A DNA stretch of 63,884 nt, the filler included, from Chiloscyllium plagiosum (Eukaryota), in the NCBI RefSeq assembly GCF_004010195.1. It is 12 parts of 12 records of this genome, joined end to end, with 100 filler letters (N's around TTAATTAATTAA, not from the genome) between each part and the next. Parts side by side here need not be neighbours in the genome. Positions count along the whole stretch, not along the records: positions 61,234 to 62,370 come from NW_025130864.1; positions 62,471 to 63,884 come from NW_025153581.1; 10 more parts are not named here. One strand, 5' to 3'. The notes under the pieces were generated by a model. That model searched no databases. It was not told where the DNA came from and saw only the letters and a list, made by a program, of their open reading frames with translations. Positions 61,817-63,884 of the stretch are shown here, piece after piece. Numbering within the stretch: the stretch's first letter is position 1; every line of letters starts with the position of its first letter. Made by a program: the position numbers and the translations under genes.

Positions 61817-62706
61817 CTGCAGAATATTTGAGATAAATATTAATCAACTATAAAAATCCAGAATCAACATCGCAATTTCACTAAATATTAAAATACACCA
61901 TTTTTAATTTGGGATTTATTCACATTCATTTTCTAAAGGAGCAGAATGGTATCCATGATGTTCAGTAAAAGAAGTAAAGAGTTTAGTTTAAAAGTCGCCT
62001 CCATGTTTCCAGCCCACAACGAGGACATTCTGTCCATTTGTCATTGCTGATGGTGACATCACAACCCAGGCCTCTTCCCACCTTATCTGACTTAATCAGG
62101 ATACAATATCCTTTGGTCAGTCTTCTTCTTAATCAGCTACTTAGCTATCCTGCCATCAGATGCATCATTAATGCTCCCAAAGGTGTTTGTTCATTTCAAT
62201 CAAATCCTTTCATTGATGTAACTGGATTTGGATTACACATGGGATCCTTTGTGTTTTAATCTCACCGCTCACCTTTCTCCTTGTGGATGGAGTCTCTCAG
62301 CGGAGTCGGCAGATTCTGATGGTACACCACACAGTCAAATGTCTAATTTGCTGATCACGCTGTCGGGATTNNNNNNNNNNNNNNNNNNNNNNNNNNNNNN
62401 NNNNNNNNNNNNNNTTAATTAATTAANNNNNNNNNNNNNNNNNNNNNNNNNNNNNNNNNNNNNNNNNNNNGGCCTGTTTCCACACTGTAAGTAATCTAAT
62501 CTTTCACCATCACCCTCTCAGGGGCAATTAGGGATGGGCAATAAATGGTGGCCCTGCCGGTGACACCCACATCCCAAGAAGCAATTTGAACAATGTCTGT
62601 TCTTTTGTCGGGTTTATTCTATACTGACCAAAAATATTCAAAAAGATTGTGAAGGTTGAATTCCCTTCAAATGGTAGGGATTAAAATTGTTTCTCTTGTC
62701 TTTCAG

Positions 62707-63035
62707 GCCGTGACAACTCTCAGCCCAAGCTGACCCTGCTACCCCACTCCCCGGAGCAGGTCAATGCCAAGGGCACTGCCACCCTGGTGTGCCTTGCCAA
62801 TCACTTCTATCCCGATGAGCTGGAGGTGCAGTGGAAGAAGGATGGTGCAATCATTTCGGACGGAGTTCAGACCAGCAACTACCTGCGAGCTTCGGACAGC
62901 ACCTACAGTGTCATCAGCCTGCTGACCCTCTCTGGGTCTGACTGGGAGTCCAATGCTCACTTCTCCTGTGCCCTCACCCACATGACCCTTCACTGTCTCC
63001 TCAGCAAGAGCATCAGGAGATCAGAATGTGTGTAG
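62707..63035 (+). CDS. IGKC: Kappa-like C exon copy 4, open reading frame
   Basis: RDNSQPKLTLLPHSPEQVNAKGTATLVCLANHFYPDEL..FSCALTHMTLHCLLSKSIRRSECV*. 329 nt; AATAAA at 63564-63569. Confidence 0.93.
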
Positions 63036-63884
63036 AATGTTTGAGACAGTCCACAGAGGAGACACAACTTTAAATAGAACAGGGCTGAGCTGGCAGGACT
63101 AAGGTCATTGTCAGCACCGAATTTCAATTCTCTTCCTTCTCAAGACTGGCTCAGAGACATTTCTGAGGTTTGGATGTTAAAGCAGGTCTTTGGACAGTGT
63201 TGAGAGAGCTTTATGCTGTGTCAAACCTCATGCTTCCTTGTCCTGGGAGTGCTTGATGGGGACAGGGTTGACTTGCGTTGCTAAATAAAATTTCTTGAAT
63301 TGCTGAAGACTGTCAGCTGTACAAAACAATGTGAACCTCAGAAGTTTCTGCTTCTGTAAACCAGATCTTCTTCCTGCTTAGCTGTCAGTTCCAATTTATG
63401 GTTTTGTCACTGTTTAAAGGGACAGGATTCTCATGCTATTGAGAAAATCTCCACAAGTGTTTTCCTCAAGCTCCATTATGGCTGTGAATTTGAGCAGCTT
63501 CCTCTGTCTGGGCTGTTAATTCCAGTTGTGTTTTTTTTCTGTCAATATGAATGTGGAAAAGGGAATAAAGATCAAAATTCAGCCATTGTCTCTGTGCTTT
63601 GAAAATAGACGACCTCAATTGATTGGCTGCATTTCAGCAGGTCATTGTCACAATTGGTTGCTTGGCCTGTCCATCAATTACAATCATCAATCCCTTTCAA
63701 ATGATCCCTTTGATCAGGAATTTATGTAGGTTACAAGATTCCAATAAGAAGAAAAACTGAAAGCTGTTAGGACTCAATAAGTACAATCTGACACCTTCCC
63801 TCTTCAGTCTGTTGGTCCAGGCCCAGTTTATGGGATCGCGCTGTGCAATCCCTGCTGCATGTTGGGTAGCCCCTGAAACAATCT

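Noticed and set aside
1-63884. CRISPR arrays, rRNA, bona fide tRNA genes, prokaryotic operons
   Set aside because: None seen; the tRNA-like boxes belong to SINE heads and the DNA is vertebrate.

Overview
Eukaryotic DNA from a cartilaginous fish, most likely a shark: the Ig sequences closely resemble nurse/horn shark IgM and kappa as I recall them, and the repeats are CR1 LINEs and V-SINEs. The window is not one contiguous locus. It is 12 fragments joined by an identical 100-bp artificial linker (44 N + TTAATTAATTAA + 44 N). Every fragment carries a piece of an adaptive-immunity gene (one of these calls is low confidence). The pieces are: two IgM Cmu4/secretory-tail exons plus TM1/TM2; an unrearranged IgM L-VH-D1-D2-JH cluster with its RSSs; two Cmu1 exons; four kappa-type light-chain C exons; alpha2+alpha3 exons of a nonclassical MHC class I gene; two TCR Vbeta segments ending in CAWS; and two decayed V-like segments with 23-RSS remnants. 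Most copies carry inactivating lesions. The rest is decayed CR1 LINE, V-SINE, microsatellite and Penelope-derived sequence. The strongest leads are: (i) a Cmu4 exon whose only frameshift or stop falls in the secretory tailpiece, removing its Cys while sparing the membrane splice donor; (ii) a class I alpha2 domain lacking both canonical cysteines; (iii) a family of short, TSD-flanked, fold-back Penelope-derived inserts carrying minimal hammerhead ribozyme cores; and (iv) CTCF-like motifs at an IgM 3' boundary and just downstream of a Vbeta RSS. I cannot claim a wholly new system. The apparent Ig/TCR/MHC super-cluster is unsupported because of the linkers.
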